NCBI GenBank assembly: GCA_965222375.1
Contig: CBDCTZ010000016.1
Location: forward strand, 1,312,001-1,376,000
Origin: Polyangiaceae bacterium
Lineage (GTDB): Bacteria; Myxococcota_A; Polyangia; Polyangiales; Polyangiaceae
Direction: 5' to 3'
DNA: 64,000 nt
Shown: one piece after another, positions 9,360 to 17,999 of the stretch
Position numbering within the stretch: position 1 is the stretch's first letter
How the letters are laid out: each line of letters begins with the position of its first letter
Notes under the pieces: model-generated
Databases searched by the model: none
Told to the model about the DNA's origin: nothing
The model's input: the letters and a program-made list of their open reading frames with translations, nothing else
Translations under genes and position numbers: made by a program

Positions 9360-11156
9360 ATGCGTCGCCCAGAGCAGATCGGCCGCTATCTACTGTTCGA
9401 CGCCATAGCGCGCGGCGGCATGGCGAGTGTGCACCTTGGCCGAGTCGAAGGGAATGCGGGCTTCTCCAAAATCGTGGCCATCAAGCGCCACCATCCGCAG
9501 TTTGCCAAAGACCCATACTTTCGCGACATGCTCCTCGACGAGGCGCGTCTGACAGCGCGCGTGGTGCATCCCAATGTGATCAGCGTGTTCGACGTCATCG
9601 CCGCAGGAGGTGAGCTGTTGGTCGTGATGGAGTACGTTCCGTCGCTGGCCCTTTCGCAGCTGGGATCGGCATGGTCTTCTTCCGGACAGGACGTGCCACC
9701 CGCAGTGGCGGTCGCTGTGCTCGTTGCAGCCCTGGAGGGGCTGAACGCCGCTCACGAGGCTGTCGACGAGCGTGGCAAGGCATTGAAGCTCGTGCATCGC
9801 GACGTATCGCCGCACAACCTTCTCGTTGGCGAAGACGGGTTGGTGCGGGTGATTGACTTCGGTGTGGCGCAGGCCGCGGAGCGGGTACAGACCACGCGGA
9901 CCGGCGAGGTGAAGGGTAAGCTCGCCTACATGGCAGCTGAGCAAATCCGACGCAGCGACATCGATCGCCGAGCAGATGTCTACGGCGCCGGAGTGACGCT
10001 CTGGGAAGCGCTGGCGGGGCGCCGCATCCACGAAGACCTGGAACCCGGAAAGGTGGTACAGCGTGTGACCACGGGCGATTTCGAGCCGCCAAGCAGGTAT
10101 GCGACGCAGCCGCAGGCGGCATTGGACGAGGTGGTGATGCGCGCACTGCGCCCGGAGCCGTGCGAGCGCTTTTCCACCGCTCTGGCAATGGTGAAGGCGT
10201 TGCGCCGGGCCTGCCCGCCGGTTTCGCGTGCGGAGGTTGCAGATTGGATCGCAAGCGTTGGTGCGGAAGCCCTGAAGACGCGCAGCCGTGCCCACGCGCT
10301 CGTTGACGGTTGGACGCCCGCAGCGACAGGTGCCGAGTTGTCGCGAGTCGGCCGCGCGTCCGAACCCACTGAGGCACGCCCCATTCGCACAACCGACGCC
10401 ACTGAGGCACGCCCTACCGTGGGGGCTGACGAAACCGAGGCGCGAAAGCGGGGCGATCGCGGCGCTCCGCCCGATCCGACGCTCGTGTCGGCCCAAGAGC
10501 CTCCAGTGCCGCCGCGTAGCGATCCGGACGGAACACGGACCACGCAGCTGCGCGATTCGGATGAAACTCTTACAATGAAGCTTGAGGAGCACGACGACAC
10601 TCAGACCCAACCGCTCACGGACCCCGAAGGGACCCGAACCACCGAGCTTCGCGCTGGCCATGTCCCAACGGTGGTTTCCGCTGCATCGGCTGATCCCCAG
10701 GGCGCTCCGGAGCGCCCCGCGTCTGTGGCGCCGGCTGCCGCCATTGGCGGGTCGGTTTGGTCTGCGGTTTTGGGCGCGGCAGGTGTCATCGCGCTGGTGG
10801 CCGTTGTCGTGTTGGTGGTCCTTAACGCCCGGCAACCCGAGGCGCCTCGAGCACCTTCGGCGGATTCTACCGAGGTGGTGATCGGGCCAGGCGACCGGGT
10901 GCCGACGGCTCCCCCTGCTCAGGCTAGCCGATCCCAACCCAGTGAAGCGGTTCCTGTGGTCACGACCCCCGTGCCGGTCGAGCCCCAGCCGAGTTCGTCC
11001 ATCGAGCCGAGCACCGCGCCGCCCCCAACGACCAAACGCCCGCCCTCAAAGCCCCCGGCAGCACGACCTCCAAGTGGAAGACCCAAGCCAAACTGCAGTC
11101 CACCCTACACCCTCGACGCGGATGGCGTGCGAATCCCAAAGCGCGAGTGCTACTGA
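9360..11156 (+). CDS. Membrane Ser/Thr protein kinase
   Basis: RGGMASVH, VAIK, HRDVSPHN, DFG, GKLAYMAAEQ; TM segment; Pro-rich tail; start codon directly follows the EBP stop. Confidence 0.95.
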   Translation: MRRPEQIGRYLLFDAIARGGMASVHLGRVEGNAGFSKIVAIKRHHPQFAKDPYFRDMLLDEARLTARVVHPNVISVFDVIAAGGELLVVMEYVPSLALSQLGSAWSSSGQDVPPAVAVAVLVAALEGLNAAHEAVDERGKALKLVHRDVSPHNLLVGEDGLVRVIDFGVAQAAERVQTTRTGEVKGKLAYMAAEQIRRSDIDRRADVYGAGVTLWEALAGRRIHEDLEPGKVVQRVTTGDFEPPSRYATQPQAALDEVVMRALRPEPCERFSTALAMVKALRRACPPVSRAEVADWIASVGAEALKTRSRAHALVDGWTPAATGAELSRVGRASEPTEARPIRTTDATEARPTVGADETEARKRGDRGAPPDPTLVSAQEPPVPPRSDPDGTRTTQLRDSDETLTMKLEEHDDTQTQPLTDPEGTRTTELRAGHVPTVVSAASADPQGAPERPASVAPAAAIGGSVWSAVLGAAGVIALVAVVVLVVLNARQPEAPRAPSADSTEVVIGPGDRVPTAPPAQASRSQPSEAVPVVTTPVPVEPQPSSSIEPSTAPPPTTKRPPSKPPAARPPSGRPKPNCSPPYTLDADGVRIPKRECY

Positions 11157-11187
11157 GGCCCGTGACTTCGCGGGCATGCCGGAGACG

Positions 11188-12837
11188 TCACTGCCGCTCG
11201 AAGCACCCGACGTCCGGCGCAGCGCCCTGAAACGGAGCGTTGCCCTTGGTGCCCGCGTCGACGAGATCGCTGCCCGGCACCAGTCGCATGAACTTCACGA
11301 CGGGCAGGCTGCCGTCCGGGGAGCGCGGCGAAAGCAGCGCCGCATCGTCGAGGCCTTCGAAGTCATTGGCTGCGACTGAAAAGGCACTGCTCGAGTCCCA
11401 GGAGTTGTGCGAAGTCGTGGTCGCTCCAGGAATGCCAGAGGCCTTGGGCGTGTCGAGGTCGACGCAGTTGTGCAGCACGTTGTTCGGCCCCAAATCCCAA
11501 CCCAGCGCACGCCGGCCATTGGCATAGGAGGCGCAGTTCTCGAGGCGATAGGGACCGCCATCCATCCGGAAACCCAGATGAACATTCTTCCAAGAAAGGC
11601 AGCGCAGCGCGGAGTGCTTGCCGGTGTCCTTGGTGTAGCCCAGCTTGATGCCTTCGCCCCATTCAGCTTCAAAACCGGGCGTGCCCGTCAAGGTACCCTG
11701 GGCGTCGTCGCGCCCCGCGAATCCCGACCAGCATTGATACAGGCTAACGGGGCTGTCCGCCCAAACCAGATCGTAGTTGTCGTCCATGTTGTGCCAGGCG
11801 CGACAGCCGATCAGCTCGATGCCTTCCCCGCTCTTGATCCGAAACCCGTCCCCATGCTGATACAGGTTCTCCGCGACGTTCTCTCCAGACTTGGTGCGAT
11901 GGTTGGCGTTGTGATGGGCGTCGCAGTTGATGAAGCGAATGTTCTTGGCGGTGGCCCACTGGTCCTCGACGATGAGGAAACCGTGGCCCGCGCGCGCCGC
12001 CGTTTGACCGTTGTAACTGCTCTCGATGAACACGAAGTCGAGGTTCTGAGTGGCCTTTTCGATTACCACTCCCGCGCCGCGCCCCTTGGTCAGCTGCAGC
12101 GGGCCGCGGATCTGCCAGTGTTTGGCGCCGGCGAAGTGCCAGGTCGCGGTGGAGCCGCCTTCGGTGTCTCCTTCCGGCACCTTGCTTGCGTCGATGATGG
12201 GAAGTTCACCCGGGTAGCTCTTTAGGATGATCGGCTTGTCCGCTGTGCCCTCGACCTTGAACTGCGTGCGTTCGGTGGGTTGGTAGGTGCCGCCGCGAAG
12301 ATAGATGAGGTTACCGGGCTTCGCCACGTCGTGGGCCTTCTGGACGGTAGCGAAGGGACTTCCTTCGCTACCGTCGCCAGAGTCACTGCCCCCAGGGGCG
12401 ACGTAGTAGTCCGCAGTCTGTGGCGTGCAATCGGGGTCGGCCTGCTTGCATAGGCCCGCGTCGACTAGCGCCGAATCGCACTCCAGGTCGCCGTAGAAGC
12501 CCAGCGCATCGCAGAGATCGCAGCCCGGCGACATCTGGTGTGCAGCGCACAGGGTGTCGGGCAAAGCGCTGCCCGGCGCGCGTCCCAAGATGTCAAACTT
12601 GGTCACTTCCGGCGCCGACCCGACCGCTCCCCCCGTGCTGTTGCCACCTGAGCTGTTACCGCCGGAGCTGTTGCCACTGGAGCTGTTGCCGCCCGTACTC
12701 GCGCCCCCACTGCCGGCGCTCGCTCCGCCAGTGCCACCCCCGCTCTCGTCACCGCCTGAGCAAGCGCTGAGCATCACGGACGCCGTCATGCTCCCAATCG
12801 CCACCAGGGCCCACCACCGCTTTTGTCGTCGCTGCAT
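11188..12837 (-). CDS. PL9-like (pectate lyase family 9) right-handed beta-helix lipoprotein
   Basis: YYVAPGGSD.GDGS...PFATVQKA...IYLRGGTY; GDGF; RAWHNMDDNYDL; GIKLG; APDVGCFE; RBS GAGGAG before ATG 12837; lipobox LSAC. Confidence 0.85.
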   Translation of the reverse strand: MQRRQKRWWALVAIGSMTASVMLSACSGGDESGGGTGGASAGSGGASTGGNSSSGNSSGGNSSGGNSTGGAVGSAPEVTKFDILGRAPGSALPDTLCAAHQMSPGCDLCDALGFYGDLECDSALVDAGLCKQADPDCTPQTADYYVAPGGSDSGDGSEGSPFATVQKAHDVAKPGNLIYLRGGTYQPTERTQFKVEGTADKPIILKSYPGELPIIDASKVPEGDTEGGSTATWHFAGAKHWQIRGPLQLTKGRGAGVVIEKATQNLDFVFIESSYNGQTAARAGHGFLIVEDQWATAKNIRFINCDAHHNANHRTKSGENVAENLYQHGDGFRIKSGEGIELIGCRAWHNMDDNYDLVWADSPVSLYQCWSGFAGRDDAQGTLTGTPGFEAEWGEGIKLGYTKDTGKHSALRCLSWKNVHLGFRMDGGPYRLENCASYANGRRALGWDLGPNNVLHNCVDLDTPKASGIPGATTTSHNSWDSSSAFSVAANDFEGLDDAALLSPRSPDGSLPVVKFMRLVPGSDLVDAGTKGNAPFQGAAPDVGCFERQ

Positions 12838-12928
12838 GGCTGTCTCCTCATCCATAGTCAGCGAAACGGTCGGATTTCTCAACCGCACCTAGGACCTCAC
12901 GATGGGCGGCCGAACTCCAGGCGCCAGG

Positions 12929-12970
12929 GCGAGATTAGTGCGCCAGGGCTACCCAAATCCGCGACCCCAA
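12929..12970 (-). promoter_or_regulatory. Bipartite motif copy 2 (TTGGGGTCGCG-N21-CTAATCTCGC)
   Basis: Plus strand GCGAGATTAG-N21-CGCGACCCCAA, oriented toward the PL9 gene. Confidence 0.7.
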
Positions 12971-12989
12971 CCACAAAAGCCAACCAGGA

Positions 12990-13248
12990 CGCTTCGAGAT
13001 CTGTCCTGGGGCTTGCCGAGTGCGGCGCGAAGGGGCCGGTTGCGCTAGTCAGAAGCAATAGCGCCACTCACTTGTACTGGGTCAATGCCTGTACGATCGA
13101 GATAGCAAACGCCCTTTCCTTCGATGGGCTTGGTTCGACAGGGATCCAAGAAGCGACCGACGCCAGTACGCCACAGAGCCTGGCGGTCGCGTGGACCAAT
13201 GCAGCCGACGAGCTCAAGGTGCGTGTTGACGCGCTCGTTTGCAAATAG
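12990..13248 (+). pseudogene. Possible orphan 3' remnant of a secreted-protein gene
   Basis: Open frame ending LAVAWTNAADELKVRVDALVCK-stop, with no credible start or RBS. Confidence 0.35.
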
Positions 13249-13268
13249 TCCGGGGAACCGTCGAGCGC

Positions 13269-14231
13269 TCAGCGGAAGGACAGGTTGATATTTGCTTTGC
13301 CGGGCGTGCTGGTGGGGGCGTGGGCCGCCTGGATGTCGTAGGTCGGGCCTGCGCCGCAGGTGATGGTCTTGTCGCCCGGGCCGCGCTCTTGCTTGGTGCA
13401 GTTGGCGCCGAGGGCGCCTTCCTGGACGAGGCCACGAATGGTGCGCATGGCCAGGACGTAGCCACCGGCAGCAGGGAAGGTGGCCACGATGCCGCCGGAG
13501 GCGCTGTGCACCTTGCCTCCACCTGCGGCCGTACCTGCCATGCGCAGAGTGATCGCGGCAGTGCCACCATCGAAGTCGCGCTTGTCGGTTGTGATATTCA
13601 CTGCGTCACTCACGTCCAACACGGTGATGGCGTTGCGGCATTGCACGGTGGTGCTGCGTACGCTCGGCGCGCCCTGGACGTAGCAAGCTCCAAGGGTGGC
13701 GGAGTTTTGCACGTTGATGGCCGTAGCCTGCCCCACGAAGTCGGCTTTGACGTCGAAGTGATTCACGGGTCCGCCAGCGCGGTTGACGATGTTGATCGGC
13801 CCGTTGAAGGTGTCCGGAACTCGAACGACCACATCGGAGCCAAGGCCGTTGCTGCCTCCCTGGCGTGCAACCGTGACGGTGAGACCTCCCTGTTGCACAG
13901 CGTTGACTTGCAGGTTCTCAGCAAGTTCACGATCCGCGGTCGCCTTGTTGTCGTAGGCCGCGTAGGCGAACGGCGCGAATTCCACCACCACCTGAGGCGA
14001 CGGGCTCCGAGTGACGAAAACGTTGCCGTAGACCACGTCGATGGTGAGCGGAGCACCCGGAGCGGCGTTGAAAGCCTGGGCCGGCGGTCGGGCACCGTTG
14101 TAGCGTTGGAGGCTCTTGGCAGTGCAGGTCGTGCCGGAGCCGTCCTCGATGCAAGCAACCTCGCAGGCGAGATTGGGGAGTGCGACCAACGCGGCGACCA
14201 CCGCAACCAACTTGTGTTTCGTGTGCATCAT
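13269..14231 (-). CDS. Lipoprotein of unknown function (beta-strand repeat, DUF4097-like)
   Basis: Signal peptide ending NLAC; repeated beta-strand segments (LTIDVVYGNVFV, VVVRVPDTFNGPINI). Confidence 0.7.
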   Translation of the reverse strand: MMHTKHKLVAVVAALVALPNLACEVACIEDGSGTTCTAKSLQRYNGARPPAQAFNAAPGAPLTIDVVYGNVFVTRSPSPQVVVEFAPFAYAAYDNKATADRELAENLQVNAVQQGGLTVTVARQGGSNGLGSDVVVRVPDTFNGPINIVNRAGGPVNHFDVKADFVGQATAINVQNSATLGACYVQGAPSVRSTTVQCRNAITVLDVSDAVNITTDKRDFDGGTAAITLRMAGTAAGGGKVHSASGGIVATFPAAGGYVLAMRTIRGLVQEGALGANCTKQERGPGDKTITCGAGPTYDIQAAHAPTSTPGKANINLSFR

Positions 14232-14412
14232 CGGCAGCTTAGACGGGTGATGGCCGCTGCCTAGTCTGTTTGCTGCGAAAATCGAAAAGCGCAATTTGTG
14301 AAAATTCAATGAAAACAGGATCTTAATGGTGAGATCCGCAAGCGTTGCGCCAGAAATCGTCCCCTCGAAGTTGAAAAGCCGAACGTTGCGGGGAAAAACT
14401 CGTCCAATCGGG

Positions 14413-15594
14413 ATGCCGCGCGCCGCCGTTGTCTGTTCCGCCCTGGCTGTCTTGGGTGCCCTGGCTTTTGTTGGTCCGGGGGAGGTGCGCGACGCGCAGG
14501 CCGCGGGCGCCAAGGTGCACAAGGTGGAGAGCGGGCACTCCCTTTGGCGGATCGCTCGGCGCTATGGCGTCACCGTCGATGCCCTGCGGCAGAAGAACGG
14601 ACTGGAGGAGGGCACTCCCATCAGGCCGGGCCAACGGCTGGAGATCCCGAGCAAGAACTACAAAGGGCAGAAAGGCCGCAAGGGCGGGAAGGCCAACAAG
14701 AACGTCAAGCACGCCAGCATCCGCAAGCCACCACCGAGTACGCAGACGCAGAAGAGCGCCAAAGAGCGCGGCGTCAATCCCTGCAACACTCCGGACAAGG
14801 GTTACGGCGTTTACGATCGATGGAGTCGGGCGCCGAGCATGGGTCAGATGATCGCTCCACAGCGCGGCGGTGTGTCTCCCAGTGGGCGCTTCGACGTGAT
14901 GTTTCACTTTCACGGTCACGAGCCAGTCCGCAAGGAGTGGGTGCACGCCATGAATGGCGCTGTGCTGGTCGGCATCGACCTCGGCCTTGGCTCGGGGCCT
15001 TACGGAGCAGCGTTTCGGAACCCACATGCCTTCAAGCGCTTGGTCAAGAGCGTGGAAAAGGCCATGGCCAAGAAGACCGGCAAGAAGAGAGCTCGGGTCC
15101 GGCATGTTGGACTTTCGGCCTGGAGTGCTGGCTACGGCGCGGTTCAAGAGATCATTGGGCAGAAGTACGGCAACAGGCTGGTGGACACCGTCGTACTGTT
15201 GGATGGTTTGCACTCGGGATACTCCGGCAAGTCTCTCAACTCGACCCAGCTCAAGCCCTTCATCAAGTGGACGCGTGCCGCCGTGCGCGGCAGGAAGTTC
15301 TTCTTCGTCAGCCACTCGTCGATCATTCCGCCGGGCTACGCGTCCACGACGGAAACGGCGAATTTCCTGATTTCGAAGGTCGGAGGCAGGGCGCGAAAGA
15401 CCGCTCCCCGAGGCTCTGATCCCATGGGACTGGACTTGATCAGCCGCTACTCGCGCGGGAATTTCCACGTTCGTGGCTACTCCGGAAACGACAAGATGGA
15501 CCACTGCGCGCACATCGGCCTGTATCGAGATGTGCTCAAGGTGCACGTGAAGCGCCGCTGGAACTCGCCCCGCGGTCGCAAGCGGCGGAAGTAG
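14413..15594 (+). CDS. LysM domain fused to an alpha/beta-hydrolase-like domain
   Basis: LysM HKVESGHSLWRIARRYGVTVDALRQKNGL...IRPGQRLEIP; HFHGH, SAWSAGY, LLDGLH, DHCAH. Confidence 0.85.
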   Translation: MPRAAVVCSALAVLGALAFVGPGEVRDAQAAGAKVHKVESGHSLWRIARRYGVTVDALRQKNGLEEGTPIRPGQRLEIPSKNYKGQKGRKGGKANKNVKHASIRKPPPSTQTQKSAKERGVNPCNTPDKGYGVYDRWSRAPSMGQMIAPQRGGVSPSGRFDVMFHFHGHEPVRKEWVHAMNGAVLVGIDLGLGSGPYGAAFRNPHAFKRLVKSVEKAMAKKTGKKRARVRHVGLSAWSAGYGAVQEIIGQKYGNRLVDTVVLLDGLHSGYSGKSLNSTQLKPFIKWTRAAVRGRKFFFVSHSSIIPPGYASTTETANFLISKVGGRARKTAPRGSDPMGLDLISRYSRGNFHVRGYSGNDKMDHCAHIGLYRDVLKVHVKRRWNSPRGRKRRK

Positions 15595-15603
15595 CGTGGC
15601 ACG

Positions 15604-15622
15604 GCTTTTCTGAGAAAAGCCC
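15604..15622. promoter_or_regulatory. Palindrome upstream of the ECF gene (operator or terminator)
   Basis: GGCTTTTCT-G-AGAAAAGCC inverted repeat; coordinates approximate to within 1-2 nt. Confidence 0.35.
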
Positions 15623-15668
15623 GCGCCCGCGGTGACGCGTGGCCCGATGGGGCCGTTTACTCTAATTT

Positions 15669-16316
15669 GTGAAGGTGGAGCTCGAGACTCTCGCCGAAGC
15701 GGCGGCTCACGGTGACGCGGCCGCGTGGCACGATTTGTGGACCGAGATCGAGCCGATCATCTGGGGCATCACGGGCAAGTGGCAAATCACGGGTCCGATG
15801 TGCAAGAGCGACGACGACCGGCGCGAAATCGTGGTCCGAGTGATGGAGCGACTGCGCGCGGACCAGCTTCAGCGGCTGCGGGCCGTGACCGCCTCGGGTG
15901 CCTTGGACCGACCAGGGGCGCTACGCGCGTGGGTCACGACCGTGGCCACGCGGGTTGCCATCGACTACGTGCGCTCTCGCCCCGAACACCTCGATCCCCG
16001 CAATCGCGGAGGTGGGCGGCGCTGGGTCGAAGTGTTGGTTGGCGAGGAGGGTTCGCTCCGCGCGCAGACCACGGATCCGGTACGCTTGGCTTCCGCTGAG
16101 CAGATGTTGGACCGTGCCCGTGAGCTGCTGACCCGAGACCAGATGGTGGCTCTTTGGTATTGGCTCGATGGAGGTGACCACGAAGTCATCGCTCATCGAA
16201 TGCGCTTGGCGAACGCCAAGCAGGCCGAAAGACTTTTGCGTGCGGGGCTGAAGCGGCTCCGAGACCGATTTCGACAGGGTGCCGCCCACGCGGCTGCGGA
16301 GGAGACAAAGCCATGA
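15669..16316 (+). CDS. ECF-type sigma factor (divergent)
   Basis: GDAAAW, LRAWVTTVATRVAIDYVR (region 2), C-terminal region-4-like IAHRM...GLKRLR; coupled to a ZAS anti-sigma gene. Confidence 0.8.
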   Translation: MKVELETLAEAAAHGDAAAWHDLWTEIEPIIWGITGKWQITGPMCKSDDDRREIVVRVMERLRADQLQRLRAVTASGALDRPGALRAWVTTVATRVAIDYVRSRPEHLDPRNRGGGRRWVEVLVGEEGSLRAQTTDPVRLASAEQMLDRARELLTRDQMVALWYWLDGGDHEVIAHRMRLANAKQAERLLRAGLKRLRDRFRQGAAHAAAEETKP

Positions 16317-17659
16317 ACTGCCCGGACATCGAGCAGCTGCTTGGATCGCCACGGCGCGTGGGCATGGACGAACACGCTGCGAGTTGTGACGCCTGTGGTG
16401 GTGTCTTGGGGCTGTCCGAACTGCGAGACCAGATCGGGGCTCGGACGCCGGAAGCATGCGTGGACGCTGAGATCCTCATCTCCAAGCGAGAGGTCAGCGC
16501 GCTTGCGTCCGATGACAAGCAAAGACTTCAGAATCATCTCGAAGAGTGCGCGGACTGCAACGAACTCGCGGTGCGCATGGGATCGTTGCCGTCGCCGGTT
16601 CGTGAGGTCACGAGCGTGGCTGCCCAGACCGGTGAGTTTCGCCTTGCCACCGCGGAGCAAGGCAGGCGCACTCCGCCGCTGTATTGGTGGTTCGCGGCGG
16701 CGTTGTTCGCGCTATTCACCGGAGTCTTCGGGCTGGCGATGGGTTTCGCCCTGAGCTCCCAGGAGTCGGCGGTGGCAGCGGCGCCGCCACAAGGTGGGAC
16801 GGCAGCGCCAAGCCCTGGGGGTGCGGCGCCCCAGGCTCCGCCCGTCGTGACGCCTTTCGGCGTGCTTCCGCTTCCTGGCGGGGCGGCGCAGCCGAGCCCC
16901 AGCGCTGGTGCGAGCACGGACGACGACTCGGATCCGGTTTCACCGGCGTTGAATCCCTTCGGGCTAGCTACGCCGCCATCGACGTCTAAGCAGGCGAACG
17001 GCTTCTTGACCATCATGTGCGCCCCGGTGTGCGACAAGATCGTCGTGGCGGGGCGTGACCTAGGACCGTCACCGCAGGTCCGGCGGCCGCTGCCGACGGG
17101 ACGGCACAAGGTTGTCTTGAAGCGTGGGAGCTTCACGAAGTCGATCAACGTCACGATTGTCGAAAACACGACCACAGCGCGTCGGGTTGACATGACCGGA
17201 CCGGGAGCCGAGGACGCTGCCGATGGGAAAGCGTTCGGCTATCTTAACGTCAATTGCAACCCCGCGTGCACCAAGGTCTACGTAGATGGCAAGTCACTTG
17301 GACCGAGTCCGATAGTGCGCCGCAAGTTGTCGGCCGGCAAGCACGTCATCGCACTGTGGCGGCTCACTGAGCTCGCGAACAAGAGGGTCACGATTCACAA
17401 GGGGCAAACGAGGACCGTCATTCACCGTTGGACGTCCAAACCGTCCTGCAGTCCGCCCTACTTGGTGGACCAGAACGGACTGAAGCGCATCAAGCCGGAG
17501 TGCATGAGTGGCAAGAGCGGAGTCGGGGACCGCGCTTTGATCACAGCCCACAAGAACCGGTTGAAGGCCCGAGTCGCAGCCGGCAAAGCCTCGAAGCAGG
17601 ACAAAGCCATGCTCCGCGCACTCTGCCGTCAACTCGCCGACGCCTCCTGCACAAACTGA
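16313..17659 (+). CDS. Zinc-finger anti-sigma factor with TM segment and two PEGA-like domains
   Basis: HAASCDAC and HLEECADC (Hx3Cx2C twice); TM; two GxLxxxCxPxC..xxxxG..LG.SP PEGA-like repeats. Confidence 0.8.
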   Translation: MNCPDIEQLLGSPRRVGMDEHAASCDACGGVLGLSELRDQIGARTPEACVDAEILISKREVSALASDDKQRLQNHLEECADCNELAVRMGSLPSPVREVTSVAAQTGEFRLATAEQGRRTPPLYWWFAAALFALFTGVFGLAMGFALSSQESAVAAAPPQGGTAAPSPGGAAPQAPPVVTPFGVLPLPGGAAQPSPSAGASTDDDSDPVSPALNPFGLATPPSTSKQANGFLTIMCAPVCDKIVVAGRDLGPSPQVRRPLPTGRHKVVLKRGSFTKSINVTIVENTTTARRVDMTGPGAEDAADGKAFGYLNVNCNPACTKVYVDGKSLGPSPIVRRKLSAGKHVIALWRLTELANKRVTIHKGQTRTVIHRWTSKPSCSPPYLVDQNGLKRIKPECMSGKSGVGDRALITAHKNRLKARVAAGKASKQDKAMLRALCRQLADASCTN

Positions 17660-17701
17660 GCGCCACCGGTGATCCGAAGTGCACGAGACAGAACTTGAGC
17701 C
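17660..17701 (-). repeat. Displaced copy of the tRNA-Leu 3' end plus 20 nt of flank (att-like direct repeat)
   Basis: 42-nt match to 17811-17852 with 2 mismatches. Confidence 0.9.
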
Positions 17702-17830
17702 GTTGGCAGACAATCTGCACACCCGCGCCCCTCCCGATCTAGGGCCGAGCCGCTTCGCACGATGAGGCCTGAGTCCTACGACCCAAGAGCGTGTTCACCG
17801 CCAGACAACGGCGCCACCGGTGATCCGAAG

Positions 17831-17912
17831 TGCACGAGACAGGACTTGAACCTGTACGGGTCTCCCCACCGGAACCTAAATCCGGCGCGTCTGCCAATTC
17901 CGCCACTCGTGC
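17831..17912 (-). tRNA. tRNA-Leu(TAG)
   Basis: GCACGAG acceptor stem, TGGCGGAATTGGCAGACGC D-arm, CCGGA-TTTAGGT-TCCGG anticodon arm, long variable arm, GGTTCAAGTCC T-arm; CCA not encoded. Confidence 0.97.
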
Positions 17913-17999
17913 GTGGGAGCGGGAAGGCTAGTCATTTCGCTGCGGATTTCAACGTCAATGCGCAACTCAGGCGGATTGCTTGGTCGGTCGCGCGTGGGA

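Noticed and set aside
9390..10937. 515-aa minus-strand ORF
   Set aside because: It lies wholly antisense to a clear kinase and has no motifs; a typical high-GC shadow ORF
12627..12700. 15-nt tandem repeats (GGNSS) and similar Gly/Ser/Ala runs in other lipoproteins
   Set aside because: Ordinary low-complexity linkers after the lipobox, common in this group
14323..15546. 407-aa minus-strand ORF (likewise 13239-14264 on the plus strand)
   Set aside because: Antisense shadows of better-supported genes
15597..15612. Sigma54 promoter TGGCACGGCTTTTCT
   Set aside because: It lacks the conserved GC at -12 and is better explained by the overlapping palindrome
17660..17852. CRISPR array or second tRNA
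   Set aside because: Only two repeat copies, derived from the tRNA 3' end; no cas genes; the displaced copy lacks D and anticodon arms
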